Shown in pieces: positions 40,369 through 50,840 of a DNA stretch of 64,000 nt. Position 1 is the first letter of the stretch. Each line of letters begins with the position of its first letter. The translations under genes and the position numbers were made by a program. This DNA is from an uncultured Lachnospiraceae bacterium (GTDB lineage: Bacteria; Bacillota; Clostridia; Lachnospirales; Lachnospiraceae): NCBI GenBank assembly GCA_947624875.1, contig CANQMA010000001.1:40225-104224 (forward strand). The letters run 5' to 3'. The notes under the pieces are model-generated. The model did no database searches, was not told the DNA's origin, and worked only from the letters and a program-made list of their open reading frames with translations.

Positions 40369-41118
40369 TCAATCAGGATTCTCCTTTTTTTCGCGTAAAG
40401 ACTCCAAATAGAGAAGATCCTCCCTGCTTAAATGCGCTGTTTCCAGCATATCCGGACGCCTTTGATAAGTCCGTTTTAACGACTGCTCGCGTCTCCACCG
40501 GTCGACATTTTGGTGATTTCCAGATAAGAGAATCTCCGGAACCTCCATTCCCATAAACTCAGCCGGCCGCGTATACTGCGGATATTCCAGCAGATTGTCG
40601 TAAAAACTTTCAAATTCTGCGGATAGGTCGTTGTTTAAGACTCCCGGCACAAGACGGGAGATGGCATCCATCATCACCATGGCAGGAAGTTCTCCCCCGG
40701 TGAGTACATAATCGCCGATAGAAACATGATCGGTCACAATCATGTCAAGCACCCGCTCGTCAATTCCTTCGTAATGCCCGCATAGAAACACGATATCCTT
40801 TTCTTTTGAAAATTCTTCCGCCATAGACTGGTCAAAAACTTTTCCCTGCGGTGTCAGATAAACAACACGGGGCTTATATTCTAATGTCTTCACAATAGAT
40901 TCATAACTCCGATAAACCGGTCCGGGCTGTATCACCATCCCGGCGCCCCCTCCATATGGATAATCATCAACCTGTCCATATCGGTTTTCTGAAAAATCCC
41001 GCATGTTGATGGCGTGAACAGAGATCAGATTTCTGTCTAACGCGCGCCCGGTAATGCTGTTATGAATCCCCTGTTCAATCATCTCCGGGAATAAGGTTAA
41101 TACATGAAAATTCATCAA
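40369..41118 (-). CDS. trmD: tRNA (guanine37-N1)-methyltransferase
   Basis: VDDYPYGGGAGM, CGHYEGIDER, SIGDYVLTGGE. Confidence 0.98.
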   Translation of the reverse strand: MMNFHVLTLFPEMIEQGIHNSITGRALDRNLISVHAINMRDFSENRYGQVDDYPYGGGAGMVIQPGPVYRSYESIVKTLEYKPRVVYLTPQGKVFDQSMAEEFSKEKDIVFLCGHYEGIDERVLDMIVTDHVSIGDYVLTGGELPAMVMMDAISRLVPGVLNNDLSAEFESFYDNLLEYPQYTRPAEFMGMEVPEILLSGNHQNVDRWRREQSLKRTYQRRPDMLETAHLSREDLLYLESLREKKENPD

Positions 41119-41624
41119 TCTAAAAGTCCTTTCATCACATGTACAGTTACCAGTTTCTTTTCAAGGTCGCGATCTAAAATACATTCTCCGATGACAGGCA
41201 GTAATACTTCTTTTCCCTGTGAAGTTTTTACTACATAGACGTCATTGGCTCCGGTCTGCATCACATCTGTCAGGGTGCCAAGGGTCTCTCCGGTATCTGT
41301 CACAACAATACTCCCTATGATATCTGCAATATAATATTCCCCCTGACCTAAAGGAATTGCATTGCTGCGCTCTACCAGTAAATCCATTCCTTTCAGCGGA
41401 AGTACATCATCCATATTTTGAAACTCCGCAAATTTCAAAATAACCATATTTTTAAAATATTTTACGCCCGTAATGTGAAGAAGCGTTTTTCCTTTTTTTC
41501 CGTCTAAAAAAACCTCTTTTAAATCGTCAAAACGTCTTATGTCTTCGGTCGTCGGATAAACCTTTACTTCCCCATGGACTCCATGCGTATTGGCAATCAC
41601 GCCGACTCTGAAATATTCTTCCAC
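41115..41624 (-). CDS. rimM: Ribosome maturation factor RimM
   Basis: GVIANTHGVHGEVKV, TGANDVYVV. Confidence 0.96.
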   Translation of the reverse strand: MEEYFRVGVIANTHGVHGEVKVYPTTEDIRRFDDLKEVFLDGKKGKTLLHITGVKYFKNMVILKFAEFQNMDDVLPLKGMDLLVERSNAIPLGQGEYYIADIIGSIVVTDTGETLGTLTDVMQTGANDVYVVKTSQGKEVLLPVIGECILDRDLEKKLVTVHVMKGLLD

Positions 41625-41684
41625 AATAAACTCCTTGTCTAATGAATAAACGAGGCCGGAATCAATCCGGCCCCACGCACTTGC

Positions 41685-41912
41685 TTAGATAATATCCACC
41701 TTAACTTTTTTATCGCTTTTTGAAGCGGCGGCTTTTACAACGGAACGGATTGCTTTCGCAATTCTTCCCTGCTTTCCAATCACCTTACCCATATCTGTCT
41801 GAGCGACATGTAACTGTAATACAAGTTCTCTTTCATTTTCTGTTTCAGTGACAACCACTTCGTCCGGAGAGTCAACAAGTGCCTTTGCAATTGTTTCAAC
41901 TAATTCCTTCAT
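41685..41912 (-). CDS. khpA: KH-domain RNA-binding protein KhpA (YlqC)
   Basis: DMGKVIGKQGRIAKAIR; between rpsP and rimM. Confidence 0.93.
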   Translation of the reverse strand: MKELVETIAKALVDSPDEVVVTETENERELVLQLHVAQTDMGKVIGKQGRIAKAIRSVVKAAASKSDKKVKVDII

Positions 41913-41928
41913 GAATCTGCCCTCCATC

Positions 41929-42174
41929 TTATTTTTCAATGCCGGCAATCTTTAAAAGCTTTCCAACAGTCTCTGTCGGCTGCGCTCCGTTAGATAACCA
42001 TTTCTTAACAGATTCTTCCTTCACGCCAAAAACGCTTGGTTCCTGATTCGGATCATAAGTTCCGACTTCTTCGATAAATCTGCCGTCTCTTGGAGCTCTG
42101 GAGTCTGCAACCACAATTCTGTAAACCGGGTGCTTCTTCTTGCCCATTCTCTTTAATCTGATTTTTACTGCCAT
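41929..42174 (-). CDS. rpsP: 30S ribosomal protein S16
   Basis: [31 protein letters not shown]. Confidence 0.98.
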   Translation of the reverse strand: MAVKIRLKRMGKKKHPVYRIVVADSRAPRDGRFIEEVGTYDPNQEPSVFGVKEESVKKWLSNGAQPTETVGKLLKIAGIEK

Positions 42175-42248
42175 TTTCTTTACCTCCGTAAATGATTATA
42201 AATTTAAATATATATCAGGAAAACACCAAATTGTTTTCATGAAATCCA

Positions 42249-43598
42249 TTAAAATCCAAAAGGAAAATTCAAGCCGCCGCGCTTCCTTCCTTTTCCTCCC
42301 ATCATGCCCTTCATGTTTTTCATCATCTTGCCGGCCTGTTCAAACTGTTTTACCAATTTATTGACTTCACTGATGTCGACGCCTGCCCCCATTGCAATGC
42401 GCTGCTTTCTGGACGGATTCAGTAAATGCGGATTATTTCTCTCCTCTCTGGTCATGGAGTAGATAATCGCTTCAATCCTTCCAAGCTGCTTGTCATCGGG
42501 AAGCATGTCGTCCGTAATCTTTCCGCCAACTCCGGGAATCATGGTAAGCAGAGAGGTCAATCCTCCCATATTTTTTATCTGACTCATGTATTCCAGATAA
42601 TCGTCAAAGGTAAACTGTGCATTCTTCATGCGCTGTTCGAGTTCCTTTGCCTTTTCCTGGTCAATCGACTGCTCCGCTTTCTCTATGAGGGATAAAACAT
42701 CTCCCATTCCCAAAATTCGAGAAGCCATCCGGTCAGGATAAAATTGTTCTAAATCAGAAAGTTTCTCCCCCATGCCGATATATAAAATCGGCTTTCCGGT
42801 AACGGCTTTAATTGACAGCGCGGCGCCGCCTCTCGTATCGCCATCCAGTTTTGTCACAATGATACCGTCAATTCCAACCTGTTCGTTAAATTCTTTGGCA
42901 ACATTGACCGCGTCCTGACCTGTCATCGCGTCTACAACCAGTACCGTCTGCGTCAGGTCCAGCTGTTCTTTTATTTCGACCAGCTCGTTCATCATCTCTT
43001 CATCGATATGAAGCCTTCCGGCTGTGTCTAAAAGAACCACATTCAAATCATTTTTCTTTGCGTGCTCTACCGCCGCTTTTGCAATATTTAACGGCTTCTG
43101 CTTATCGCCCATCGAAAAAACGGGAACTTTCTGTTTTTCCCCGTTGATTTTTAACTGTTCAATCGCTGCAGGCCTGTACACGTCGCATGCTGCAAGCAGT
43201 GGTTTCTTTCCCTTTGCTTTCAGCTTTCCTGCAATTTTTGCAGCGGTGGTCGTTTTTCCGGCGCCCTGAAGTCCCATCATCATAATAATCGTTACTTCAT
43301 TGTCCGGCAATAGTTTCAATTCGGTTGTCTCCGAACCCATCAGCGCGGTCAATTCCTCATTGACGATTTTAATGACCATCTGTCCCGGCGTCAGGCTGGT
43401 CATCACATCCTGTCCGACCGCTCTCTCTGTGACTTTTTTCGTGAAGTCCCTGACCACTTTAAAGTTCACATCAGCCTCCAGCAAAGCAATTTTTACTTCT
43501 TTCAGGGCAGATTTTACATCATCTTCCGTGAGCCTTCCCTTGCTTCTGAGGCTTTTAAATATATTCTGCAATTTATCGGATAAACTTTCAAACGCCAA
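42249..43598 (-). CDS. ffh: Signal recognition particle protein Ffh
   Basis: GLQGAGKTT, DTAGR, TKLDGD, M-domain. Confidence 0.98.
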   Translation of the reverse strand: MAFESLSDKLQNIFKSLRSKGRLTEDDVKSALKEVKIALLEADVNFKVVRDFTKKVTERAVGQDVMTSLTPGQMVIKIVNEELTALMGSETTELKLLPDNEVTIIMMMGLQGAGKTTTAAKIAGKLKAKGKKPLLAACDVYRPAAIEQLKINGEKQKVPVFSMGDKQKPLNIAKAAVEHAKKNDLNVVLLDTAGRLHIDEEMMNELVEIKEQLDLTQTVLVVDAMTGQDAVNVAKEFNEQVGIDGIIVTKLDGDTRGGAALSIKAVTGKPILYIGMGEKLSDLEQFYPDRMASRILGMGDVLSLIEKAEQSIDQEKAKELEQRMKNAQFTFDDYLEYMSQIKNMGGLTSLLTMIPGVGGKITDDMLPDDKQLGRIEAIIYSMTREERNNPHLLNPSRKQRIAMGAGVDISEVNKLVKQFEQAGKMMKNMKGMMGGKGRKRGGLNFPFGF

Positions 43599-43608
43599 AG
43601 TCGTCCTC

Positions 43609-43941
43609 CTAATAATCTTCTAAGATTTTGTTTGCAATTTCCTTAATTGTTTTGCGGCTTTCTTCATCCTTTTCGTCAGCAAGCCTGCAAATCATGGAAA
43701 CAGCTTCCTTCGTTTTTGAAAAGCGCTCCACCAGATGCAGCTTTTCTTCATAACCATTTAGGGTTTTATCACACCGTTTAATCTGGTCGTGCACTCCCTG
43801 CCGGGATATTCCCTGCTCCTGTGCTATTTCTGCCAGACTAAAATCATTTAATATAAAATCTTCATATAACTCTCTCTGATGATCCGTCAACAGTTCTCCA
43901 TAAAAATCATACAGGAGAGCGCTTTTATAGATATCTTTCAT
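43609..43941 (-). CDS. ylxM: YlxM/UPF0122 HTH protein
   Basis: LYDFYGELLT, DFSLAEIA..GISRQGVHD; upstream of ffh. Confidence 0.93.
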   Translation of the reverse strand: MKDIYKSALLYDFYGELLTDHQRELYEDFILNDFSLAEIAQEQGISRQGVHDQIKRCDKTLNGYEEKLHLVERFSKTKEAVSMICRLADEKDEESRKTIKEIANKILEDY

Positions 43942-43965
43942 CTTGCTTCTTACCAACCCTTACGT

Positions 43966-43994
43966 ATCTTACTACAATCAAAAAAGGGTGTCAA
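43966..43994 (-). promoter_or_regulatory. SigA promoter for the ylxM-ffh operon
   Basis: TTGACA-17 nt-TAAGAT. Confidence 0.7.
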
Positions 43995-44018
43995 GCATTT
44001 TTTCTTGACACCCTTTTT
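43980..44018 (-). terminator. Hairpin after ilvA, overlapping the ylxM -35 box
   Basis: AAAAAGGGTGTCAAG-8 nt-CTTGACACCCTTTTT. Confidence 0.7.
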
Positions 44019-44058
44019 AATACAAATCTGTCTGAAAAGCAACAGCGCCTTGGAACCT

Positions 44059-45279
44059 TTATAGATGCGGCGCTTCTTCCTTTGGATTGTATCCCGCCTG
44101 ATCCAATGCCTGGAGGATTTGCTTTTTATGAGCATGTCCAAAACATTCGAGCGTTACTTTTAATTCAACCGCCGCATTTCTGTTGACAGAAATAAACTGA
44201 TTATGCTCCAGGCGGATGACATTTCCCTGCTGTTTTGCAATTTCATTTGCGACCTTCACGAGTTCCCCCGGTTTGTCCGGCAGCAAAACAGAAACAGTAA
44301 AGACTCTTCCACGCTGGATTAATCCATGCTGTAAAATGGAAGACATGGTAATAATATCCATATTTCCGCCGCTGATTATGGAAACGACCTTTTGATCTTT
44401 CACATTTAAATGTTTCAGCGCCGCAATGGTCAAAAGACCGGAATTTTCGGCAACCAGTTTATGGTTTTCCACCATATCCAGGAATGCGTCGATCAGTTCT
44501 TCGTCGTTAATCGTAATAATATCATCCAGATGGTCCCTCAAATACGGAAAAATAATCTCTCCCGGCGTTTTCACTGCAGTACCGTCGGCAATCGTATTTG
44601 CGCTCGGAAGCGTTACTATCTTTCCAGCCTCAATCGATGCTTTCATGCATGCCGCCTGCGCCGGCTCAACGCCGATTACTTTGATTCTCGGATTTAAAAG
44701 TTTTGCCAGAACACTGATACCGGTGGCCAGTCCGCCTCCTCCAATTGGCACTAAGATATAATCAACCGTCGGAAGTTCTTTAAAAATTTCCATTGCAATC
44801 GTACCCTGTCCGGTCGCAACATCTAAATCATCAAACGGGTGAATAAAGGTATATCCTTCTTTTTGCGCCAGATTTAGAGCGTATTTACAGGCATCATCAT
44901 AGACATCTCCATAGAGGATTACATCTGCGCCATAATTTTTTGTGCGGTTCACTTTCATCAGCGGCGTTACTGTCGGCATGACAATGGTCGCTTTTACGCC
45001 ATAGAGTTTCGCTGCATAAGCGACTCCCTGCGCATGATTTCCTGCGGAGGCGGTAATCAGCCCCCGTTCCCTCTTCTCTTCGGATAATGTACTGATTTTA
45101 TAATAGGAACCGCGAACTTTATATGCTCCCGTAAACTGCATATTTTCCGGTTTGATATAAACCTGATTTCCAGTCTGCGCGCTAAAATAATCACTGTAAA
45201 TTAAATTTGTATTTAAAGTGACTTTCTTTACGATTTCACTGGCCTCTTCAAATTTTTTTAATGTTAACTGTTCTTCCAT
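44059..45279 (-). CDS. ilvA: Threonine ammonia-lyase with C-terminal ACT domain
   Basis: ENMQFTGAYKVRG, ASAGNHAQG, PIGGGGL, SGGNMD, PDKPGEL. Confidence 0.94.
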   Translation of the reverse strand: MEEQLTLKKFEEASEIVKKVTLNTNLIYSDYFSAQTGNQVYIKPENMQFTGAYKVRGSYYKISTLSEEKRERGLITASAGNHAQGVAYAAKLYGVKATIVMPTVTPLMKVNRTKNYGADVILYGDVYDDACKYALNLAQKEGYTFIHPFDDLDVATGQGTIAMEIFKELPTVDYILVPIGGGGLATGISVLAKLLNPRIKVIGVEPAQAACMKASIEAGKIVTLPSANTIADGTAVKTPGEIIFPYLRDHLDDIITINDEELIDAFLDMVENHKLVAENSGLLTIAALKHLNVKDQKVVSIISGGNMDIITMSSILQHGLIQRGRVFTVSVLLPDKPGELVKVANEIAKQQGNVIRLEHNQFISVNRNAAVELKVTLECFGHAHKKQILQALDQAGYNPKEEAPHL

Positions 45280-45321
45280 ATGATTGACCTCCTAAACTTC
45301 AGGATAAATTTATTTGTAAAA

Positions 45322-46239
45322 TCACTCTGTAAATAAAGCCTGGACAAATTCGTGGGAATCAAACCGCTGCAAGTCGTCAATCTGCTCGCCCACGCCGATA
45401 TATTTTACCGGAATACCGAGTTCCGACTGAATTGCAATCGCAATCCCTCCCTTTGCGGAGCCGTCCATCTTCGTCAGAATCACTCCGGTAATGTCGGCAC
45501 ACTCCTGAAACTGTTTTGCCTGCACAAGGGCATTCTGACCGGTCGTCGCGTCTAAAACGATAAAATTTTCTCTGCGGCATGCGTCATACTCTTTTTCAAT
45601 AATCCGGTCAAGTTTCTTTAATTCCTCCATCAGATTTTTCTTGTTGTGCAGCCTTCCGGCAGTATCGCACAAAAGAATATCGGCATTTTTATTTTTAGCC
45701 GACTGAATCGCATCAAATAAAACCGAACCCGGATCCGATCCTTCTGCGCCCATCACAATATCTGCATTGGCGCGGTCTGCCCATTCTTTTAGCTGGTTTC
45801 CGGCCGCCGCGCGAAAAGTATCCGCCGCTGCCAGTACCACTTTTTTCCCATGATTCTTAAACTGACTGGCCAATTTCCCGATGGAAGTTGTCTTTCCCAC
45901 ACCGTTCACGCCGATTACCAGAATCACGGATTTTTCATTTTCAAAATCAAACGCATTTTCTCCAAGATTCATTTGGTTTTCAATATTTTGAATCAACAGT
46001 TCCTTACAATCCATCGGATCCTTAATATGCTGCTGTTTCACCTGTTCTTTTAGTTTCTCCAGAATTTCCTCTGTGGTATGCACTCCAATATCGCTCATAA
46101 TAAGGATTTCTTCCAATTCTTCGTAAAAATCCTCTCCAATGCTTGAAAATCCCGTAAAAATAGAATTGAGTCCGGAAACAATATGACTTCTTGTTTTGCT
46201 CAAACCGGACGCCAGCCGTTCAAATAATTTTACTGCCAT
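45322..46239 (-). CDS. ftsY: SRP receptor FtsY
   Basis: [31 protein letters not shown]. Confidence 0.97.
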   Translation of the reverse strand: MAVKLFERLASGLSKTRSHIVSGLNSIFTGFSSIGEDFYEELEEILIMSDIGVHTTEEILEKLKEQVKQQHIKDPMDCKELLIQNIENQMNLGENAFDFENEKSVILVIGVNGVGKTTSIGKLASQFKNHGKKVVLAAADTFRAAAGNQLKEWADRANADIVMGAEGSDPGSVLFDAIQSAKNKNADILLCDTAGRLHNKKNLMEELKKLDRIIEKEYDACRRENFIVLDATTGQNALVQAKQFQECADITGVILTKMDGSAKGGIAIAIQSELGIPVKYIGVGEQIDDLQRFDSHEFVQALFTE

Positions 46240-46252
46240 GAATTTCTCCACC

Positions 46253-49200
46253 TTACTTTTTATCCAAATCTTTTTCCAGCAAATCAACAGAAACTAATGC
46301 AGAAATTCCTTTTTCCTGCATTGTAATTCCATATAGCCGGTCTGCACAGTTCATCGTTCCTCTGCGGTGTGTAATTACAATAAACTGGGTATCTTTGGTC
46401 AGTTTATGCAGATATTCTGCGAAGCGGACAACATTGGACCCATCCAGTGCCGCCTCGATTTCATCCAACAGACAAAATGGGGACGGTTTCAGGTTCTGAA
46501 TGGCAAACAACAGACTGATTGCCGTCAAAGCCTTCTCGCCGCCGGACAACTGCATCATATTCTGAAGTTTTTTTCCTGGAGGCTGGGAAATAATCTGAAT
46601 TCCCGCGTCGAGAATGTCCTCGGCGTCCGTCAGTTCAATCGTGCCTTTTCCTCCGCCAAACAAAACACGGAAAACCTGATTGAATTCCACCTTGATTTCT
46701 TCCAGTTTCTCTTTAAACTGTTTTCTCATTCCGACTTCCAGTTCATCAATAATCTTTAACAGATTTTCTTTTGCTTCCATGAGGTCATCATGCTGCGTTT
46801 TCATGAACTGGTAGCGTTCATTCACTTCCTTAAATTCCTCAATCGCATTGATATTTACATCTCCGAGAGACTTCATCTCCCTGCGGATCTGTGCGATGCT
46901 GTCGCGGATCTTTCCTTTGTCGGAGTAGGTTTCATCCTTCATTTCCAAGGCGTTCCGGTACGTAATCTCGTACTCGTTCCACATATAGTTTTCCTTGTTC
47001 TGCGCCTTTTCTTCCAGCGATTCTTTCTGACTCGTCAGTCGGTACAATTCTTTGTCCAAGTCGTTAATCTGCAGGGAAAGCGCCTCTCTTTTGTCAAAGA
47101 ATTCTTTATGCTCTTTTGTCTGAATCTCTTTTTCATTTTCTGCTTTGGTAATTTCATTCTTTAAGAGATCAATCTGTTTTCTGCTTTCTTCAGCTTCTTT
47201 GGAATAATTTTCGATTGCATGAAGTCTGGCAGATATTTCCTCATTATTTTCCTCATAATTATTTCGAATCCGCTGTAATTCTTCATTGAAATCCTGAATC
47301 TGCTGTTTTGAATGGCGGACTTTTTCCATGATGAACTCATGCTTTTGTTTCATATTGGAAATATCGATATTGATTTCTTCCAAACATGCTCTTTTCCCTG
47401 TCAGTCCCTCCTTCATTTCTCCAAGGACTTTCGTTTTTTCCTGAACCTTCTGTTCCAATAAAACGCTTTGATCCTCTGTTCCGGAAAGTTCTCCGGTTAA
47501 CTCTAAACTGCTTTTTTTAATATCCTGGATCTGCTCGGAAATGGAATCATTTTCCTTCGTATAATCCTGATATTCGCTGACCAGATTTTCTTTTTTCTGG
47601 TTTGCCTGATTCAAATTAATCTCAATCGTATTCTTCATGAGCTGTTGCTGCTGCAGAGCTTCTGTAACCTTTGTCAGTTCTTCAGAAATCACACTGCTTC
47701 TGCCGTGATTGTCCAATAATTCCCTGTCCAGTCGTTCTTTTTCCTGTTTTAAATCCTTTAAATACTGACCGAGTTCTTCAATTTCCCGCCTTCTTCCCAA
47801 CAAATTGCTGGAATTTTTAAAAGTTCCACCGGATATGGAACCGCCGACATTGAGATATTCTCCCTCCAGAGTGACAATACGAATCGTATATCGGTATTTT
47901 CTTTCAATGGATATCGCGTGGTCAATTGTATCTACGACCATAACGCGTCCCAGGAGATATTTTGCCACGCCTTCATATTTTTTATCAATATGTACCAAAT
48001 CGCTGGCAAGACCAATGACTCCGCGCTCATTCAGCGCATCCGGCGCATTGAAGTTTGTTTTATTGCTCATACTGCTGAGTGGCAGGAAAGTTGCGCGCCC
48101 AAATTTATTTTTCTTTAAATATTCAATTGTTTCTTTTGCGGTTGTCTCTGTGTCCGTGACAATATTTTGGATATTTCCGCCAAGCGCAGTCTCGATGGCA
48201 ACCTCGTATTTCCCATCGACCTGGATAATATCAGCCACAACGCCAATGATTCCTTTTTTGGAAGCCTTGAGTTCCATAACCTTTTTAATACTGCTGCCAT
48301 ATCCCTCGTAGCGCTCGGTAATATTTTTCAACGTATCCAGCGCAGACTTCGATTTGTGATATTCCTCCTGATTTTTATTTAACTGCTGGTGAAGCGTTTT
48401 ATTGGTCTCTCGGAGTTTTGATAAATCGTCCTGATAACCGGATATGATTTTTTGAAATTCCTCAATCTCCTCTTCCATATGCGCAAGCTGATTTGAAAAA
48501 TCGTCAATAATCTGATCCTGATTTTCTTTCTGGCTCTGAAATTCAATCAGTTTTTGATTTAACTGGGACTTTCGGATATGAACCTGTTCCAACATGGTAT
48601 CAAACTTTTGAATCTGAGTCTGAATCTGCGCTTTTGCGCTCATCAAATCAATCATATCCGTCTTATATTTTTCGATTTCTTCCTCTAATTGCAGGATGTT
48701 TTCTTCGTTTTCTGACAACTCTTCCTGAATCCCTGCCTGCTCGGAAAGAAGTTTTTGGAGGGCGGCTTCATTTTCATCCTGCTCCAAAACCGATTGGTCT
48801 AATTCTTTCTCCTGAATGGAAATATCCTCTGTCAGAGAGGAAATCCTCTCATTGAGAAAAGACCCATTGCTTTTTGCCGAGTTAATCTGCTCTTCAATGA
48901 CCCGGATCTGACCTTCATCTTTTTCAATAGCCAAAACCGTTTCATTCAGTTTCTCTTTTTTATCTTCGACAGAAGCATTGAGTTCTTCGATCATCGCCTC
49001 CAATTTATTGTAATCTGTTTTAATCTTTTCAAATTCGTCATTGGCAAGCTGCATATCGGAAGAAGCAGCCGCAATTTTCTCATCGATTCCCGCAAGACGT
49101 TTCTTAATATCATCGACTTCAAGCAGAAACATATTGACATCGTTTTTCTTTAAGTCGTCTTTTAAAACAAGATAACGTTTTGCTTTCTCGCTTTGCTTTT

Positions 49201-49816
49201 CGAGCGGCACAACCTGACGCTCCAGTTCACCCAAAATATCCGTCACGCGGATCAGATTCTGGTTTTGGTCGTCGAGTTTTTTGATGGCTTCATTTTTACG
49301 GCGTTTAAATTTCACAATCCCTGCCGCTTCATCAAACAGTTCTCTCCGCTCCTCCGGTTTTCCGCTCAAAATCTTGTCAATCTGTCCCTGACCGATAATG
49401 GAATATCCTTCTTTTCCGATTCCTGTATCGTAGAACATTTCATTGATATCGCGCAGACGCACCTGTGTGCCGTTGATCATGTATTCACTTTCACCGGAGC
49501 GAAACAGCCGCCTGGAAACCATCACTTCGTTATAATCCACATTTAACTGATGGTCCGAATTGTCAAAAGTGATCGCAACATATGCGTATCCCATCGGTTT
49601 TCTGTTTTCCGTTCCGGCAAAAATCACATCTTCCATTTTGGAACTTCGAAGCTGTTTAATTTTCTGCTCTCCAAGAACCCATCGAACCGCATCTGCAACA
49701 TTGCTTTTTCCGGAACCGTTAGGTCCTACAATTCCGGTAATTCCATTATGAAATTCAAATCGAATCTTATTTGCAAAAGATTTAAATCCATGGATTTCAA
49801 TACTTTTTAAATACAT
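46253..49816 (-). CDS. smc: Chromosome segregation protein SMC
   Basis: GPNGSGKSN, hinge GRATFLPL, LSGGEK, LDEIEAALD. Confidence 0.98.
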   Translation of the reverse strand: MYLKSIEIHGFKSFANKIRFEFHNGITGIVGPNGSGKSNVADAVRWVLGEQKIKQLRSSKMEDVIFAGTENRKPMGYAYVAITFDNSDHQLNVDYNEVMVSRRLFRSGESEYMINGTQVRLRDINEMFYDTGIGKEGYSIIGQGQIDKILSGKPEERRELFDEAAGIVKFKRRKNEAIKKLDDQNQNLIRVTDILGELERQVVPLEKQSEKAKRYLVLKDDLKKNDVNMFLLEVDDIKKRLAGIDEKIAAASSDMQLANDEFEKIKTDYNKLEAMIEELNASVEDKKEKLNETVLAIEKDEGQIRVIEEQINSAKSNGSFLNERISSLTEDISIQEKELDQSVLEQDENEAALQKLLSEQAGIQEELSENEENILQLEEEIEKYKTDMIDLMSAKAQIQTQIQKFDTMLEQVHIRKSQLNQKLIEFQSQKENQDQIIDDFSNQLAHMEEEIEEFQKIISGYQDDLSKLRETNKTLHQQLNKNQEEYHKSKSALDTLKNITERYEGYGSSIKKVMELKASKKGIIGVVADIIQVDGKYEVAIETALGGNIQNIVTDTETTAKETIEYLKKNKFGRATFLPLSSMSNKTNFNAPDALNERGVIGLASDLVHIDKKYEGVAKYLLGRVMVVDTIDHAISIERKYRYTIRIVTLEGEYLNVGGSISGGTFKNSSNLLGRRREIEELGQYLKDLKQEKERLDRELLDNHGRSSVISEELTKVTEALQQQQLMKNTIEINLNQANQKKENLVSEYQDYTKENDSISEQIQDIKKSSLELTGELSGTEDQSVLLEQKVQEKTKVLGEMKEGLTGKRACLEEINIDISNMKQKHEFIMEKVRHSKQQIQDFNEELQRIRNNYEENNEEISARLHAIENYSKEAEESRKQIDLLKNEITKAENEKEIQTKEHKEFFDKREALSLQINDLDKELYRLTSQKESLEEKAQNKENYMWNEYEITYRNALEMKDETYSDKGKIRDSIAQIRREMKSLGDVNINAIEEFKEVNERYQFMKTQHDDLMEAKENLLKIIDELEVGMRKQFKEKLEEIKVEFNQVFRVLFGGGKGTIELTDAEDILDAGIQIISQPPGKKLQNMMQLSGGEKALTAISLLFAIQNLKPSPFCLLDEIEAALDGSNVVRFAEYLHKLTKDTQFIVITHRRGTMNCADRLYGITMQEKGISALVSVDLLEKDLDKK

Positions 49817-49817
49817 A

Positions 49818-50507
49818 CTAATTCCTCTTATCTAATGTTTTTAAGGCGCAAAAAGCAGCTCTCTGCTCTGCTTCTTTTTTATTTCTTCCGATTCCTTTTC
49901 CTACGATTTCCCCGTCAAGAATTGCCGCGGCCTCAAATTCTTTCGCGTGCTCCGGTCCGGATTCCCGTAAAATCTGATAACTGAGCGTTCTGTTTTTGAC
50001 GGAATTGACCCTCTCCTGCAAAATCGTTTTACTGTCATAAAACATTTTCTTTGTCTCAATATCGTTTAAAACAAACCGATAGACAAAGTCTTTCGCCGCC
50101 TCGATTCCCCCGTCTAAAAATATGGCTCCAATCAGCGACTCCAAAGCGTCGGAAACAATCGAATCCCGATAGCGGCCGCCGGAATGTTCTTCTCCGTTTC
50201 CAACATAAATAAAATCGGAAAGATTCATTTCTTTTGCATCCAGCGCCAGCGTTGGCTCGCACACAAGCCCTGCGCGGAGTTTTGACATGTCTCCTTCTGA
50301 CATCTCCTCCATCGTCAGATATAAAAACTCACTAGAAATCAGTTCTAATACGGCATCTCCAAGAAATTCCAGGCGCTCATTGTCTTTCACGCCGCGATAC
50401 TTATGCTCATTTGCATAGGATGTGTGCGTCAGCGCATTGACCAGCAATTCCTTTCTATGAAATTCATAGTGTATTTTCTGTTCCAGCAGTGAATAATCCA
50501 AATTCAT
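49818..50507 (-). CDS. rnc: Ribonuclease III
   Basis: NERLEFLGDAVL, dsRBD KKEAEQRAA. Confidence 0.97.
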   Translation of the reverse strand: MNLDYSLLEQKIHYEFHRKELLVNALTHTSYANEHKYRGVKDNERLEFLGDAVLELISSEFLYLTMEEMSEGDMSKLRAGLVCEPTLALDAKEMNLSDFIYVGNGEEHSGGRYRDSIVSDALESLIGAIFLDGGIEAAKDFVYRFVLNDIETKKMFYDSKTILQERVNSVKNRTLSYQILRESGPEHAKEFEAAAILDGEIVGKGIGRNKKEAEQRAAFCALKTLDKRN

Positions 50508-50554
50508 CTTTTTACCTTTTTGCTTCATGTTCTATTCTACCCATTCTGCTTTAG

Positions 50555-50579
50555 AAAAAGCCCTATGAAATAGGGCTTT
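50555..50579 (-). terminator. Intrinsic terminator after acpP
   Basis: AAAGCCCTA-TGAAA-TAGGGCTTT with T-tract on minus strand. Confidence 0.75.
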
Positions 50580-50596
50580 CTACGTATGGAAAACAT

Positions 50597-50827
50597 TTAT
50601 TGAAGGACTTTTTTAATCGCTTCAAACGCGTCGCCGACAGTAACGATATCCGCGGCAGCCTCCGTCGGGACTTTAATTCCAAATTCATCTTCAATTCCCA
50701 TAATGATTTCTAATACATCCAGGGAATCTGCCCCTAAGTCATCCACAAATTTACTGTCTGCAGTGATTGTGCTCTCGTCAATATCCAAAACCTCTGCGAT
50801 TGCACTCGTTAACCTTCCTAATTCCAT
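50597..50827 (-). CDS. acpP: Acyl carrier protein
   Basis: DLGADSLD phosphopantetheine site. Confidence 0.96.
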   Translation of the reverse strand: MELGRLTSAIAEVLDIDESTITADSKFVDDLGADSLDVLEIIMGIEDEFGIKVPTEAAADIVTVGDAFEAIKKVLQ

Positions 50828-50840
50828 AATGATTCCTCCA

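Noticed and set aside
43950-44141. 63-aa minus-strand ORF bridging ilvA and ylxM
   Set aside because: Overlaps the ilvA 3' end and runs through the terminator and promoter; likely spurious.
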